A DNA stretch of 64,000 nucleotides from Octopus vulgaris (taxonomy: Eukaryota). Below, piece by piece: positions 39,360 to 52,810 of the stretch (position 1 is the stretch's first letter; each line of letters opens with the position of its first letter). The notes under the pieces were generated by a model that was given only the letters and a program-made list of their open reading frames with translations, did no database searches and had not been told where the DNA came from. Made by a program: the position numbers and the translations under genes. Where the stretch lies: the NCBI GenBank assembly GCA_951406725.2, contig OX597814.1:14012001-14076000 (forward strand), written 5' to 3'.

Positions 39360-41816
39360 GGATAAAATTCCTAACTTCTGGCTGAATGCCTTCCCAGAGA
39401 GCCATGAACTGCTAACAGAACTGTACAATGATGTTTTGCAACACCCTAGTAGGATGCCTCCTTGGCTAGTTAATGGGTTAACATTCCTGCTTCCAAAAAG
39501 TGAAGAAACAAATGAACCAAAAAGCTATAGACCCATAACCTGCTTAACAACTATGTACAAAACACTAACATCTGTCCTGACGGAATATACCTATAGTTTT
39601 TAACAGAGCAGCATATTCCCTAATGAACAGAAAGGATGTAAACGTGGATCCTACGGCTGTAAAGACCAACTACTCATCAATAAGATGATCTTAGAAGATT
39701 GTCACAAACGACACAAAAACTTATCAATAGCCTGGATAGACTATAAAAAGGCTTTTGATAGCCTACCACATAGCTGGATTAGGAAATGCCTTGAAATGTA
39801 TAAGATAGCACCAACTCTGCGAAACTTCTTGACTGTAAGTATGAGATCATGGAGAACCACACTAACTCTGAACAGTGACAGTGAATCCCTAAATGCTGGT
39901 GATGTAAAAATTTCGTGTGGCATTTTCCAGGGTGACTCACTGTCACCACTCCTCTTTTGTTTATCCTTAATACCTCTCTCAAAGCTGCTCAATGACGCGC
40001 AGTACGGGTATAAAATGTTTGATAAAAATATAAATCATCTCGTTTACATGGATGATTTAAAGCTTTTTGCAAAAAATGATCAACAACTCAAGGGCTTACT
40101 AGCGATAGTCAAACAATTCAGTGACGACATCAGAATGCAATTCGGCCTCGATAAATGTGCAAAGGCTACCTTTATCAAAGGAAAAATGACAGAAACATCT
40201 AACGTTAACCTTGACCAACAGAATGTCATAAAAGAACTAGACCCAGCGGAGAGCTACAAGTACCTAGGGGTAATTGAAGGGAACGGAATAAGGCATTCAG
40301 AGATGAAGGAAAGGATCAGGAGAGAATGCTATCGAAGAGTGAGAGCAATACTCAAGACAGAGCTGAATGCAAGAAACAGGATCGAAGCAATCAATGCATT
40401 AGCTATACCAGTCGTGACTTACAGTTTCAATATTGTTAACTGGTCAATTACTGAAATATGTCAGCTCGGCAGAAAAATAAGGAAACTGTTGACAATGCAT
40501 AGAATGCACCACCCTGAGGCAGATACAGAACGACTCTATCTGCCAAGAAAAGAGGGAGGCCGTGGTCTTTTGCAACTGGCAATAACAATGAAGATTGCTA
40601 CAATTGGCCTAGACACCTACCTGAAAAACTCTGAGGACTGGATGTTAAAACTTGTCTCAAAACATGGAAACAAGAAAGCATCATACTCAGTCACAAAACA
40701 GGCAAAGGAATATCTAAGTGAATTCCGAATACAACCAATTTCGGAATTAGAGATAGATATACAAGAAACAAGCACAGAAAAAGCTAGGCGCATGAAAACC
40801 CGTGCCAAAACTGCGGCCTTAGATATTCTGAATAATAAATGGCAAGAAAAACCTCTCTATGGCAAATACCCAAAGAGAGCGAATAATGCAGATATCGACA
40901 AAGCCCTGACCCATCAATGGCTAATGGCCTCTGGCTTAAAATCTGAAACAGAGGGGTTTATCATAGCAGCTCAAGATCAATGCCTACCAACAAGAAACTA
41001 CCAGGCCAACATATTAAAGATCAGAAGCAGTCCAACGTGTCGTGTATGCAAGCAACAAAATGAAACCATTGACCATGTGGTCTCCAAGTGCAGTCTTCTA
41101 GCGCCTACAGAGTATCTCAACAGGCACGATAGAGCTGCACAATATATTCACTGGGTAATCTGTAAAAACCTGGATTTGCCCCATGAAAAAAACTGGTGGG
41201 AACACAAACCACCCCCAGTGCTTGAAAATGACCACATCTCACTCCTCTGGAACTTCACCATTCAAACTGACAGGAAGATAGATGCAAATAGGCCAGACAT
41301 CATATTGAAAGACTTCAAACAAAGAACATGCCTCCTCATTGATATGACTGTCCCAATCGATATAAACGTATCTGTCAGGACCTACAAAAAACTGAGCAAA
41401 TATAAAGATCTTGAAATAGAAATCAGCAAAATGTGGAAGCTGAAGACTAAAACAATACCTGTTGTCATAGGTGCCCTGGGAATGATAGCAAAAGGGGCTG
41501 ATAGCTACCTAACTCAGATACCAGGAAACCCAAAAATGGCAGAAGTTCAAAAGATAGTGCTCATGGGAACTGCTCATATCCTACGCAAAATACTCTCTAT
41601 GTAACCTCAAGGTTTAAAACAAACATAATTTTCGGTTTAAAAAAAAAAAAAAAAACTTTTTTTTTTTAGACATTCATTAGTACAACATCCCCACCCCATA
41701 AATATATGGCACACTAGGCATAACAACAACATGAACTTCCAACCCTGTTGTCTCTTGAGGTCTCTGGGTGAGACTTGGAGCCAACTTGTACAAATATAAA
41801 GCAAAAGTCAAACATA

Positions 41817-41818
<2 letters not shown>
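39360..41818 (+). mobile_element. 5'-truncated R4/Dong-clade RLE LINE, copy 2
   Basis: Starts in the RT N-terminal region (DKIPNFWL..YRPITCL) and has small deletions near 39600. Its 3' UTR ends in (TAA)n. Confidence 0.95.
39685..41604 (+). CDS. Reverse transcriptase plus restriction-like endonuclease ORF (R4/Dong type), lacking its N-terminus
   Basis: [46 protein letters not shown] and KLSKYKDL are all intact over 639 aa. Confidence 0.9.
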   Translation: MILEDCHKRHKNLSIAWIDYKKAFDSLPHSWIRKCLEMYKIAPTLRNFLTVSMRSWRTTLTLNSDSESLNAGDVKISCGIFQGDSLSPLLFCLSLIPLSKLLNDAQYGYKMFDKNINHLVYMDDLKLFAKNDQQLKGLLAIVKQFSDDIRMQFGLDKCAKATFIKGKMTETSNVNLDQQNVIKELDPAESYKYLGVIEGNGIRHSEMKERIRRECYRRVRAILKTELNARNRIEAINALAIPVVTYSFNIVNWSITEICQLGRKIRKLLTMHRMHHPEADTERLYLPRKEGGRGLLQLAITMKIATIGLDTYLKNSEDWMLKLVSKHGNKKASYSVTKQAKEYLSEFRIQPISELEIDIQETSTEKARRMKTRAKTAALDILNNKWQEKPLYGKYPKRANNADIDKALTHQWLMASGLKSETEGFIIAAQDQCLPTRNYQANILKIRSSPTCRVCKQQNETIDHVVSKCSLLAPTEYLNRHDRAAQYIHWVICKNLDLPHEKNWWEHKPPPVLENDHISLLWNFTIQTDRKIDANRPDIILKDFKQRTCLLIDMTVPIDINVSVRTYKKLSKYKDLEIEISKMWKLKTKTIPVVIGALGMIAKGADSYLTQIPGNPKMAEVQKIVLMGTAHILRKILSM

Positions 41819-41883
<65 letters not shown>

Positions 41884-41887
<4 letters not shown>

Positions 41888-42438
41888 GCCCTGATGCAGT
41901 ACCAGGCAGTGGCTCTCATAGCTTCTGATCTTAACTGATTGGAAGTATTATCATGTACATTGTTTTGTCTTGGTATAAAAGATGGGCTACAGCAAATATT
42001 CTGCTCAATACCACAGATTTGTTTGTCAGTTGTTTGACCTTAACCAGTTGAGCATGTCCCTTAGTGGCTGACGATATGTGCATCTCTGATCACGAGCAGA
42101 AGTAGTGGGGGAGCATCATAGCCATGTGTTGAGAGGGATTCTTTGGGGTTTGAATAATTCACCTCTGGAAATATGGGTGGTTCTTTCAACATCCTTAAAC
42201 AACCCTTATTCAGGGACCTTTTGAGCGGGATGGGCTACTCAACCTGAAGAAAATTCTAACTGGGCCCCACCTGCAAAGTCATGTGCTGTTTATCTTGATA
42301 TGAGATCACCATGTCGCGCACATATGGTTGTGATGCATGTGCCTGGTGTACCCTTATCAGATGGGTAGTCATGATGGGTATATTGGGCTTCGTATATTTT
42401 ACCCCAGTGTCACTTTGATGGCATGCACTGCTCTCTCA

Positions 42439-42441
<3 letters not shown>
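41884..42441 (+). mobile_element. ~555-bp non-autonomous TAA-targeting element, apparently full length
   Basis: Non-coding with (TAA)n on both sides. It has the same ends as the 21305-22010 copy. Orientation is inferred from the neighbouring LINEs. Confidence 0.8.
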
Positions 42442-42500
<59 letters not shown>

Positions 42501-42612
42501 CAACAACAACAACAACATCAATAACAACAACAACAATAACAATAACAACAACAGCAATAACAATAACAACAACAACAACAACAATAATAATAATAATAAT
42601 AACAATAATAAT
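42442..42612. repeat. (AAT)n/(AAC)n microsatellite
   Basis: Read directly from the sequence. Confidence 0.95.
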
Positions 42613-43142
42613 ATGGAATAACAACAGAAAAAAGATGGCATAAACACACACCAGAAGAGGTCACAGAAAACGAGAAAGCAACCATACTCTGGGATATGCC
42701 GATACGCACAGATAGAGAAATTAAGGCCAACAGACCAGATATAGTTGTCAGAGATCATGAAGAAAAAATGCTTTCTAATTGATGTATCAATACCGGCAGA
42801 TGACAACGTGTCTCTAAAAGAAATGGAGAAACTTTCAAAATACAAAGACCTGGAAATAGAGGTAACCAGAATGTGGAATCTAAAAACAGAAACAATTCCT
42901 ATCATAGTAGGTGCATTAGGCATGATAAAAAAAATATTCAGACAAATACATAACAAAAACACCAGGACTTACAAACACATATAACATACAGAAAAGTGCA
43001 CTACTAGGCACTGCACACATCCTACGCAGAACACTTTCCATACAATAACCATCAGAGCATCACAACAAATCACAGCACATACCCAAGGCACACAGAGCTG
43101 CGCTCGGTAGTGAAGTGAAAGCACGCTATAAAAATAAAACTA

Positions 43143-43146
<4 letters not shown>
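42613..43146 (+). pseudogene. R4/Dong-like LINE 3' part (RLE), distinct subfamily
   Basis: [54 protein letters not shown], with a different 3' UTR and a (TAA)n end. Confidence 0.9.
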
Positions 43147-43218
<72 letters not shown>

Positions 43219-43560
43219 TGAATGAAATTCTGAAATACATCACAATAAGAAAAAAAATCACGAAAAAATAATTTGATGGGCAACAATTATTGTTGTAGCA
43301 GAAAATGTGGGTGTTGATGTAAAAGAAAAGCAATATAATGGCCATGACAAAAGAAAATATTAATGGTAGAAAAGAATAATATATGCGAGGTAAGATATGC
43401 TCCGAAAATAAAAGGGGGCACCTTTTCACCCGGATAACCATAATTTCTGCTGAAAAAAGAAAACGCTACTCACAGCAACGGAAATAGAAGTATCACCACT
43501 GATATTCGATTGCTGATTCCCTAAAACAGGACATATTCTGATAATCTAAAATATTGAGCG

Positions 43561-43562
43561 AT

Positions 43563-43612
<50 letters not shown>

Positions 43613-43613
43613 T

Positions 43614-43659
<46 letters not shown>

Positions 43660-43662
43660 AAT

Positions 43663-43695
<33 letters not shown>

Positions 43696-43723
43696 CAGAT
43701 ATAGATATAGATATATTACTTTC

Positions 43724-43792
<69 letters not shown>

Positions 43793-43820
43793 CAGATATA
43801 TATATAGATATATTACTTTC

Positions 43821-43881
<61 letters not shown>

Positions 43882-43909
43882 CAGATATAGATATAGATAT
43901 ATTACTTTC

Positions 43910-44008
<99 letters not shown>

Positions 44009-44038
44009 TACAGATATAGATATAGATATATTACTTTC
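43561..44038. repeat. (GATA)n array with a higher-order unit punctuated by GATATATTACTTTCA
   Basis: The punctuation motif occurs 4 times (~43710, ~43807, ~43896, ~44025). Confidence 0.95.
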
Positions 44039-47000
44039 AAAGCAGTAATCGTAAAAACGTGATCAATAACTACAGATCATGTGCTCGTATCAGAATCCGT
44101 TTGATACTGCATTCACCTGATTACAAACTGATTTTTTATTAGAATTCAGGCCATAAACTATGGTAAACGGTGAAGTGTACATTCCGATAAAAGTTATGGA
44201 GCCAATAACTAGAGTTGAAGACCCATCTCTGAAAATGAATTCACTGAGAGAATTATGAAATGCTATGCGATACTCCAAAACGGATTCAAACCATAGGGAC
44301 GTTCAGTTTGTTGCCATAAATAAGCATATCCAAGTATTTCATGTCGAGATGTGTACCTGAAGGATTATTTATTATAACTATATAGATGATAATATATTGC
44401 CCAACACGACAATGCGTCTGAGAATGCCATGAATACAATTAAGTTTAGCTAGCTGTGTCCGGGTTGATATTTCAAATCTACCCTGTATAAAATTTTACCT
44501 GATGATGATGGATTGTGTCTTATGATGTAATATTTTATGATTGCATAAAATAAATAAAATTATAACGAAATAGCTGTCATAAATTTTGAACACCATTCGT
44601 GTTTACGCTTTGGAACTATGGTTTTGAATTGGATTTGACACTTGCATGTATTCAGCATCCTACTTGGTATTTTCAATGCAGATTATTCCACTGTGGGCTC
44701 CAGGTTATCGTACCAAGCAATTTCTGAAATCCTATTAGATGATATGCCTACTTCTGTGTGTATGTATAAATGCGCAGAAAACAAGCGCACACATATATAC
44801 ACTTACATTATTACTCACCTGAGTGTGATTGAGTAAATATGTATGTAAGAAAATGCGAAAATTATTGCCTTTGTTATAATATATTTTTCTTTGTTCCCTC
44901 TTTTTGTAAATAAAGGAATCAATATTATATTTATAGTATTTAAAACAATTTTACTTATTTATTTCGACTGAATCTACTTTGAGCTTTACTATATCGTATC
45001 ATAGTTTTGTATAGTTTCAATAAATTTCAGAGATAGTTCTAAAGTAATTACCCAGGAGTGCAATAAATTATTTAAGATTTCATGTGATATATTACACATT
45101 GAATTTGTATATTCTTATGTTACTGCTCTTTCGCATCATAGGTCATGTTATTAACGGATACTTTAAAGTTTAACAGTAAATAATTTGTATTAACATTTGA
45201 CCATATTACTCTTTTCCTTCAGTTGTGTATTCATAGAGGAACTATTCTGATTAAATGTTTTCCGTTTTCTTCAGATGTTACTTAAAATATTTATATAACA
45301 TACGCTGCCGGACGCTATTTATCATCGATGTTTTTGAATTCATCAATTTTGTTTTGATCGTCGTGATGTTATTTAAAGTTTTATTATGCTTGTAAAATTT
45401 GATACGCTTTGAGAATCTAGAAAAACACCTTGTGATATACTAATTAAATTTTCTATTTCTAGATCTCAGTTGTATTTGTATCCTCCTCGTCTTCAAGATT
45501 GTGTCTTCTTTTGATATCTTGTAAGTTCGTTTCATGGATGTTTTCTACATTTATTAGAATCTTTGAAATGTAATATATTCACAGACACGTTTTACAACTT
45601 GTTATTTCATTATAATATCTTTCCGCATTTGTGCCTTCAGTACTCGTATGCCATTGTCATTTGTTTATGTTGATAGTATCTTATTTGAAATATACCATTT
45701 CTGCTGTGTAAAAAAAAAAAGGTGATAAGCTACCGAGTGAACAGAATATATTCCATTTCTCATACAGTAACATAGAGAATAATATCATGAAGAATTATAC
45801 GTAAGGAATGAAATAACACTTATAACATTTAGGAGACTGTATCTATTACGAAATCATTTTTATTCTACACTATTGATTTTACCCACGGTCAAAATCGGTA
45901 AAAGCGTGTGTATCAAATATAAATATATTATTGAGATATCATCTAACTGTGTTGGGTGACATCAGTCATCTGCAAACATTTTCTTTAAAACAAAAGCAAT
46001 AAATACAGAGAAAAACTGCATAAATTTTTTGGTAGCAATTTTATTTTTTGAACTAAGAAAAATAACACCAAAATAATTGGAAAAGAGAGATGTTTATTTT
46101 CAACTTCTTATGTAATATGGTGTGGACGTTGTGTAAATCTAAGTATATGAATAGTTATATTTAAATACATGATGTATATTTCATTGTGGGTGAGTTTCTT
46201 TGTATGCGTATCTGTATGAAAAACAGTCAAAAAGTTAATTGAAGGATCACTTAAAACCTAGTATGTCATATTCATTTTCCTTGTACAAGAACATGAATGA
46301 AGTGACTTCCATATTTCGGTTTATAGTTGTCATCAGTCTGAAAATGGTTAGTAAACAGTAATTTTGTAGACACTGGCAAAGTTTTCCTTTATTCACTAAT
46401 GTATATATGTGTGTGTTTGCACACGCACCTGTAGTGTGTATGAATAAAATTAGAATGTCCGGCACCACATTTTCTAAGCATATCGGACAAAATATTATTG
46501 AGTAATTAAAATCTTCTTTTATGCATATTACGAGATTGTAACACCTTTTGTTAATTATTCAAAAATATTCTCTATAATTACTATTATCGGTGATTAATAA
46601 CTATGTTATGATTATAATTAATGTTATAAATAATTACAGTGGGGTAAACATTAATGACTTTCCCTGAGATGATAGTTAAAATGAAGAAATACAGTTCGAA
46701 ATTTGAATAATATCGTTCGTTTATTAGTTTTCGAAATATAATTTTCTTTTATCATTCATTTTAGACAATTATAAAATTTATATAACGCCATACATTTTAT
46801 TACTACTGTATGCATTAAGTGCATACAATAGTAATAAAGTAGTGGATCATTGCAGAAAATTCTTCGGTTACATGAACATATATCATTCTTAGGAGATCGA
46901 ACAACTTCAATGGCCCTTCAAACTAGAGTTTAAAAGTGTTTATGAAACGTGTGCATCTTAAGATTTTTTAAATTATTATTATTGCCAAAACAGAGTTAAA

Positions 47001-47554
47001 CATGCATCTGTTTCAAATTTTGGCATGAAGTCAATAATTTTGGAGAGTGGTTAAGTCGATCTGAAAATGATGAAAGGCAAAGTAGATCACAGCAGAATTT
47101 GAACTCAACGCAAATACTGACGAAATGCCGCTCAGCATTTTGCCGATAATCTTAACGGTTAAACATACGTTAATCTTACCCTGTTCTACTACCCCAGCTA
47201 CATAAAAATTTTTATTTTCTTATATGACATTTTCCCCACTGCGAAAATATTTATGTACTAGTCAATAACAATATAATTTATCTATAAGTAGAAGTGTTAT
47301 TCATCACATTCAAATGTTATGGTTTATAAGGATATAGTCTAGTTTCCAAGCTTAAAAGCTTTCGTGAGGTTTTTACGCAATTTATCACGGAGTACCATCG
47401 TATGTGAAATTCAACGATTGCCATATCGTACATGGTACACGTTATATAACCGTGTCAGAGTATTTCATTTTCCGGCTGAACTCCCGTATTCATCAACAGA
47501 TATTTCATTCTTGTTTAATTGAGTGTTATTTTGCTCTCCTTATTAACGTGAAGA

Positions 47555-47870
47555 CGTTAGAGCGTCGAGCTTACCATCGCGAGGTTGTGAGTTCGATTCC
47601 CGGACCGGACTGTATGTTAAGTTCTTGAGCAAGACAGTTTATTCCACGTTGCTTCAGTTCACTCAGCTGTAGAAATGAATTGCGACGTCACTGGTGCCAA
47701 GCTGTATTGGCGTTTGTCTTTCCCTTGGATAACAACAGTGGTGTTGACAGAGGAGGCTGGTATGCATGGGCGACTGCTGACATTCCATAAACAATCTTGC
47801 CCGGACATATGCCTCGGAGGGTAACTTTGTAGGTGCAATCCTATGGTCAGTCATAACCGAAGGGGGTCTC
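47555..47870 (+). mobile_element. SINE family D, diverged
   Basis: Aligns to 28684-29000. Confidence 0.85.
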
Positions 47871-48199
47871 ATTAACAAATACATAGTATACAATATACTA
47901 TGCGTGTGTTGTGTGCGTGTATGTGAATTTCTTTAACAAGTCAGTTTGTTTCACCCGAATAAATACATATTAGAAACAGAGTTAAAAACGCTTTCCGGAC
48001 ATCATCAGAGAAGGGCAACATTCTAACTATTTCATCAACCCCAGCTACTGATTTCTCTTATACACACAAAAGGAGAAGTGGCAAAATAAACCAAATTGAA
48101 CTGACTATTTATTACAGCAGTTTCTTTTAGTACAAAATCATGTCATCGAACATCTTCTGACGGATTCTTCCTCGTAAGTCGTATGGGTGTGTTGCAGTA

Positions 48200-48387
48200 C
48201 TAGTAGCATCGATGCGAGGTGTGGTAATAGTAGTACTGGTGATGATAATAGTAGGAGGGACAGAACCAGCCCCCAAATTATAACCCTGCTACTCATCATC
48301 ATTGTCGTAGTGGTCATAATGACCCTCCACCTAGTAGTGGTAGTAGCAGCAGCAGCAACAACAGCAACAGCAACTGCAGCAGCAGCT

Positions 48388-48440
<53 letters not shown>

Positions 48441-48830
48441 TACATTATCATCATAGCACTATTTACTTACAGTGGGGGTGTTGATCTGGTTGTGATGATA
48501 CTTGAAGTCTTTCTCTGTAGTCATAATATTTATAAGACAGTAACGACACCACGATTAATAAGTTGGGAATAGTTATGTTAGTAATATTAATAATCCAGGT
48601 GATGATGATATCGATGATAATATTCCTAATAACGCTAATGAGGATTCAGTTAATGCGAGTAATAATGATAAGAAGGATGACAATTGTTGCGGAAAAAATT
48701 GATTCTAAAGTAACTGATACTAATGAGCTATAGCTGCCTGATAATGATGACCGAGATGAAGATGATGATTGGTGGTGGTGGTGGTGGTGGTGGTGGTGGT
48801 GGCACTCTTGTTGGTGATGCGGTGTTGTTG
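48200..48830. repeat. Mixed trinucleotide low-complexity region (TAG/CAG/GAT/GGT)
   Basis: Read directly from the sequence. Confidence 0.8.
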
Positions 48831-48999
48831 ATTATGCCATGTGAATGAAAACAACAAAATGTAGGAGTCTTTGTAATTTTACTTGAATCTAGAAAACATA
48901 TGAACAAGATTAAATTGTTTACCAGAGAAATACACTCCATTTAATTACGTGACATTTTCAAAAATATTATGGTTATTTAATTGACAAACAAGTTGTAGA

Positions 49000-49835
49000 A
49001 TGTAACCTCATTGTCTGCCTACTATTTCCATATTTACCACTTCAAACTCTGGGTTCAAAACCAAGCGTATTTAAAATAATCTATTTTTAAGAGATTCAAA
49101 GTATGTATCAGATGGATAAAAAGTGTGATATACATGGAGACACGATTTGGTCCTTAATGTCATCTTCAATGCTATAAAGAACCAAATTGCTCTCGTCAGA
49201 AGTGGCCAAAAGGCACTGGATAAACGAACCGGATATTTCATTACTTTCGTGCGTTCAGGATAGCAGATCCGTTTGAAGAAGAAACTTCCTTTCAATGATG
49301 TAAAGCAGAACGGCAACAGGGACGTGCCTGCAGATTTACCAGGGTACCAAGGATTCTTTCAGATTCTAGTTACGAAGAAACCGGATACTATTATCTGGTG
49401 TAAAAGAAAAAAAATTGGTAAAGCTAGTCGAGTTAACAGTTCCTGATGATGATAACATGGACGCCGCTGGGGCTCGAAGGTTTGACCGTTATGAAAACTT
49501 CCTCCTGGAACGTGGAGAGCAACCTAAAAAGTGAAGAATTTTCCACCTGAATGTTGAGCATTAGTTGAACTCCGAGTGAGGTGACTGTTGCTGTTGCTAG
49601 ACCTAAGTCATCGTAAAGTAAATACCACCATGAGTGATGTCCAGACAACGATGGAGGAGGCAAGCCATTGGATTTGGCTAAAAGAAGACGATGAGCAATG
49701 GATAGAAAAAATATTGAACAAAATCATTTGACCTAGCAGATGCGGCATCATTTCCTAGAATGGGGCAAGTGTGCAATGATGCCGTCGACAAGAAGGCCCC
49801 GAAACGGCGCGCATTCTCTCCTGATGACCCCATAA
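49000..49835 (+). pseudogene. Decayed HERO/NeSL-like RLE retrotransposon 3' end
   Basis: YTWRHDLVL, ITFVRSG, KKPDTIIW, LTVPDDDNMDAA..RFDRY and SHWIWLKE motifs occur across frames. Confidence 0.65.
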
Positions 49836-51585
49836 ACGTGCTAGTACTCGGTATGCGAAGCGTTCAACTGGTAACACATGCATCTGGTAACACATGCACA
49901 TTTTCTTAGCATCAAAAGATGTTTAAGAATACGAACCAGGTGTATAAGTAGTCTGATATGCAAAAATATCCATATTTCACAATAAACTGTCGCATAATCT
50001 AGCGGTTGGTGTCTGGTCTATTATCATAAGTTCATGGATTCAACTCCACGATTGTATGGTATATTTTGCTTTTGCGTGATACAGTTCATTTCATCACTCT
50101 GCCATTCACTCTGCAGAAAATGGATAACAGCCTAATTCTGCTGCAGCCCTTTTCTCACCAGCTCTCGCAGGTAAAGTGAAGAAGTTTCTATGGGATGTCT
50201 ATCTCTTCTTACGATATATGCACGCCTAAAAGAAATGGAAAAGTCATGACACCTGGTTACATGTGACACAATCAATTGAATGACAACAATGTTTGTCACG
50301 AATAAAAAAAATATCTTGCACATACATGGTTTGTTTCTACAGATTGTCCAATCATTTTACTTTTTTTACTATTGTGCATTACATATTTTGACCTTCTTTT
50401 CTAAAAGTTAAATAAGGATAGGATAATTTACCTTGCAAAAACTGTACTCACTTCAATTTCTTCCAACTTAAGTGGTCCTGTTTGAATCGCGTTTGCAGCC
50501 GTTGTATTTGTTGTATATATTCACATATATATGTTTAATCTCAATATATTTCTATACCAGAGTGTACGAAGTTGATAATCAGAAACGTTTTTGTATTTTA
50601 TTTTTTTTATTTTTCAATTAACATACTATTTTGAATGTTGCTGTTTACAAGAATTTGTAAATATTCTGAGCCTAGTAAGATTGGTTCCGTCTCCACTGCG
50701 GCCGTTGTGTTTGGCTTCATTGCATAACCATGTATATAACTTATATTACAGATATGTGTGAACGAGATTATTGAAACATTTAGTCAATTACTGGTGACCA
50801 ATATAGAATATCTAATACCCATTCCATACAGAAACGTAACTATGTTTTACTGTGCTCTTCCTAGAAACGCAACAAAGTTAAGCATTTCAAACTCATGGCC
50901 GATAATCAGTAATATAGGTACATTACTATTAATCTATTTTACTCCTACTATGCTAAGAAATACTAATGGTCCTCAGTGTCGTTATTAGAAGCGATAGTGC
51001 CATAAAAGATTATATTTAATTCTGAACCAAATTCAAGTCGGAAGATGCAGAAACTATTCTGTTATTGTCATATAGTAGGGAAGTTCATAGCATTTAATGG
51101 AAGGTAGTAAACATCATAATGATAATCGTAAAATAATATGTATTTTTTATTTTTAGAAACGTACCATTCCATTTGGTTGAATCGATATCAATATAGGAAA
51201 TTGAAATCCAGGAAAGTTTTAATGCAATTATATTTGTGCAATTGAAAACAACATATGGTGAAGAAGTAATGTAATTTAATGAAATCAAATCACAATCCCA
51301 CAATAACAAACAATATGCTGGTGTTGAAATAGATACTTAAATATTGAACCATCTGCAATGCTTTCACACGTACATGTCTTTATTTTGAGTAATCTTGAGA
51401 GAAACGGAAACTATAGCACCTGCAATGAATTCTTCTTCCATTTTAGTTACCTTTATAGTTTTTTAGGATACACTAATGGTGAATTCAATGTGCACTCAAA
51501 CATTCTATAGAATTAGCCGAATTTTACTTTAAAAAATGATAGTCAGTGATTGTCGGGAAAAAATTCATATTAGAATAAAAAAACT

Positions 51586-51936
51586 ATTGCAGCGTGGAAG
51601 GTAAGCCATTTAAGAAGCACACAAAAGCCGTTCGATTCACTTCAACATTTAAGTTTAATTTGTCAAAATATTTTCGTCGCTAAAATCCGCGACCTGTTCA
51701 CTGACAAAAATCCGTGCTGCATCTCGGATCCGTGCAGCACGGATTCTTGTCAGTGAACAGGTCGCGGATTTTAGCGGCGAAAATATTTTGACAAATTAAA
51801 CTTAAATGTTGATGTGAATCGAACGGCTTTTGTGTGCTTCTTAAATGGCTTAGAAACACCTTCCACGCTGCAATTGTTTTCGTTCCAGCACACGATCTCA
51901 GATCAAATCACTTGCTATGCGAGTACATCTCCGTAA
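51586..51936. mobile_element. Fold-back PLE-derived element (arms 51586-51721 and 51733-51874, plus tail)
   Basis: Inverted arms of ~135 bp with a few mismatches and an 11-nt spacer. Only the right arm has a ~60-bp tail. A single-arm relative is at 59367-59552. Confidence 0.8.
51747..51794 (+). ncRNA. Minimal hammerhead-like fold with G3-C8 core variant (mirror copy 51660-51707, minus strand)
   Basis: TTGTCA-GTGAACA-G-GTCGC ggatttta GCG(G/A)C-GAAAATATTT-TGACAA. Stem I has 6 bp, stem II has 5 bp, and stem III is palindromic. Confidence 0.65.
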
Positions 51937-52329
51937 TAAAAAAAAATATTTTAACTCATTTCTGTTGGTCATATATTCAGTGGATGTTTTTATGCCCACG
52001 ACAGAACAAATTTTCAGTTTAAAGATATTTAATGTAAAAAAGAAATATGACTAAAATAATTTCCTGCAATTTGTCATGAGTTTTATTTTGCAGGAAATTT
52101 CCTCTGCTTTGTTATTAGAAAGATTGATGTATTTGTGCTCAAATGTAATATAGATTATTTGAAATATGTAGTCGTACGAAAAGCCAAAATATAATATTAA
52201 ACATGACACTCATGCGCCTAGTTCAATGTAATTTTAAATTTGCTTTATATCATAGCCTCTATCGTTCAGTTTACTTCATTTTTCTATGACATATATTCAC
52301 ATACATAGATGCATACTTACAAACATAAT

Positions 52330-52810
52330 TATCATGGCAAAAAGTAGTTAGGAAAGAATACCTTGCCAACACTGACAGTAAATTATGCACAATCGAGTTT
52401 GTAAACTACATAATAGGAAAGCACCTGGAAGAGAATTCATAGCTGTATACTGGTACAAGAGACAGGCCCCTCCAAAAAGCCTTTAATGTCTATACTCAAC
52501 AAATTATAGAGAGCCAAAGTAACATCCCAAGTATGAACAGTAGCTGCCTAAAATGTTACGTGACATGAAAATCATCCTAACACAACATACAATATCACAA
52601 GATAAGAAATAACCTGGGGAAAATATTGAGAATCTCCCTGTTAGCACATTAATTAAAAAACTTACCCATCAAAACTTCTAGCACATGCAAGCATACCAGT
52701 CCGGATATAATAATTAAAGACAACAAAAAAAAACAAGCTTGTGTCATCATAGAAATCATGTACATCGGTGGCGAGATACCTCTTCGAAAAGCTACGTAAA
52801 AGTGGATAAC
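52330..52810 (+). pseudogene. Highly decayed RLE LINE fragments
   Basis: KLHNRKAPG..YWYK and SPDIIIKDNKKKQACVIIEI. Confidence 0.5.

Noticed and set aside
50116-50170. Apparent AG...GT-flanked exon
   Set aside because: It lies within what looks like a decayed SINE (~50000-50250).
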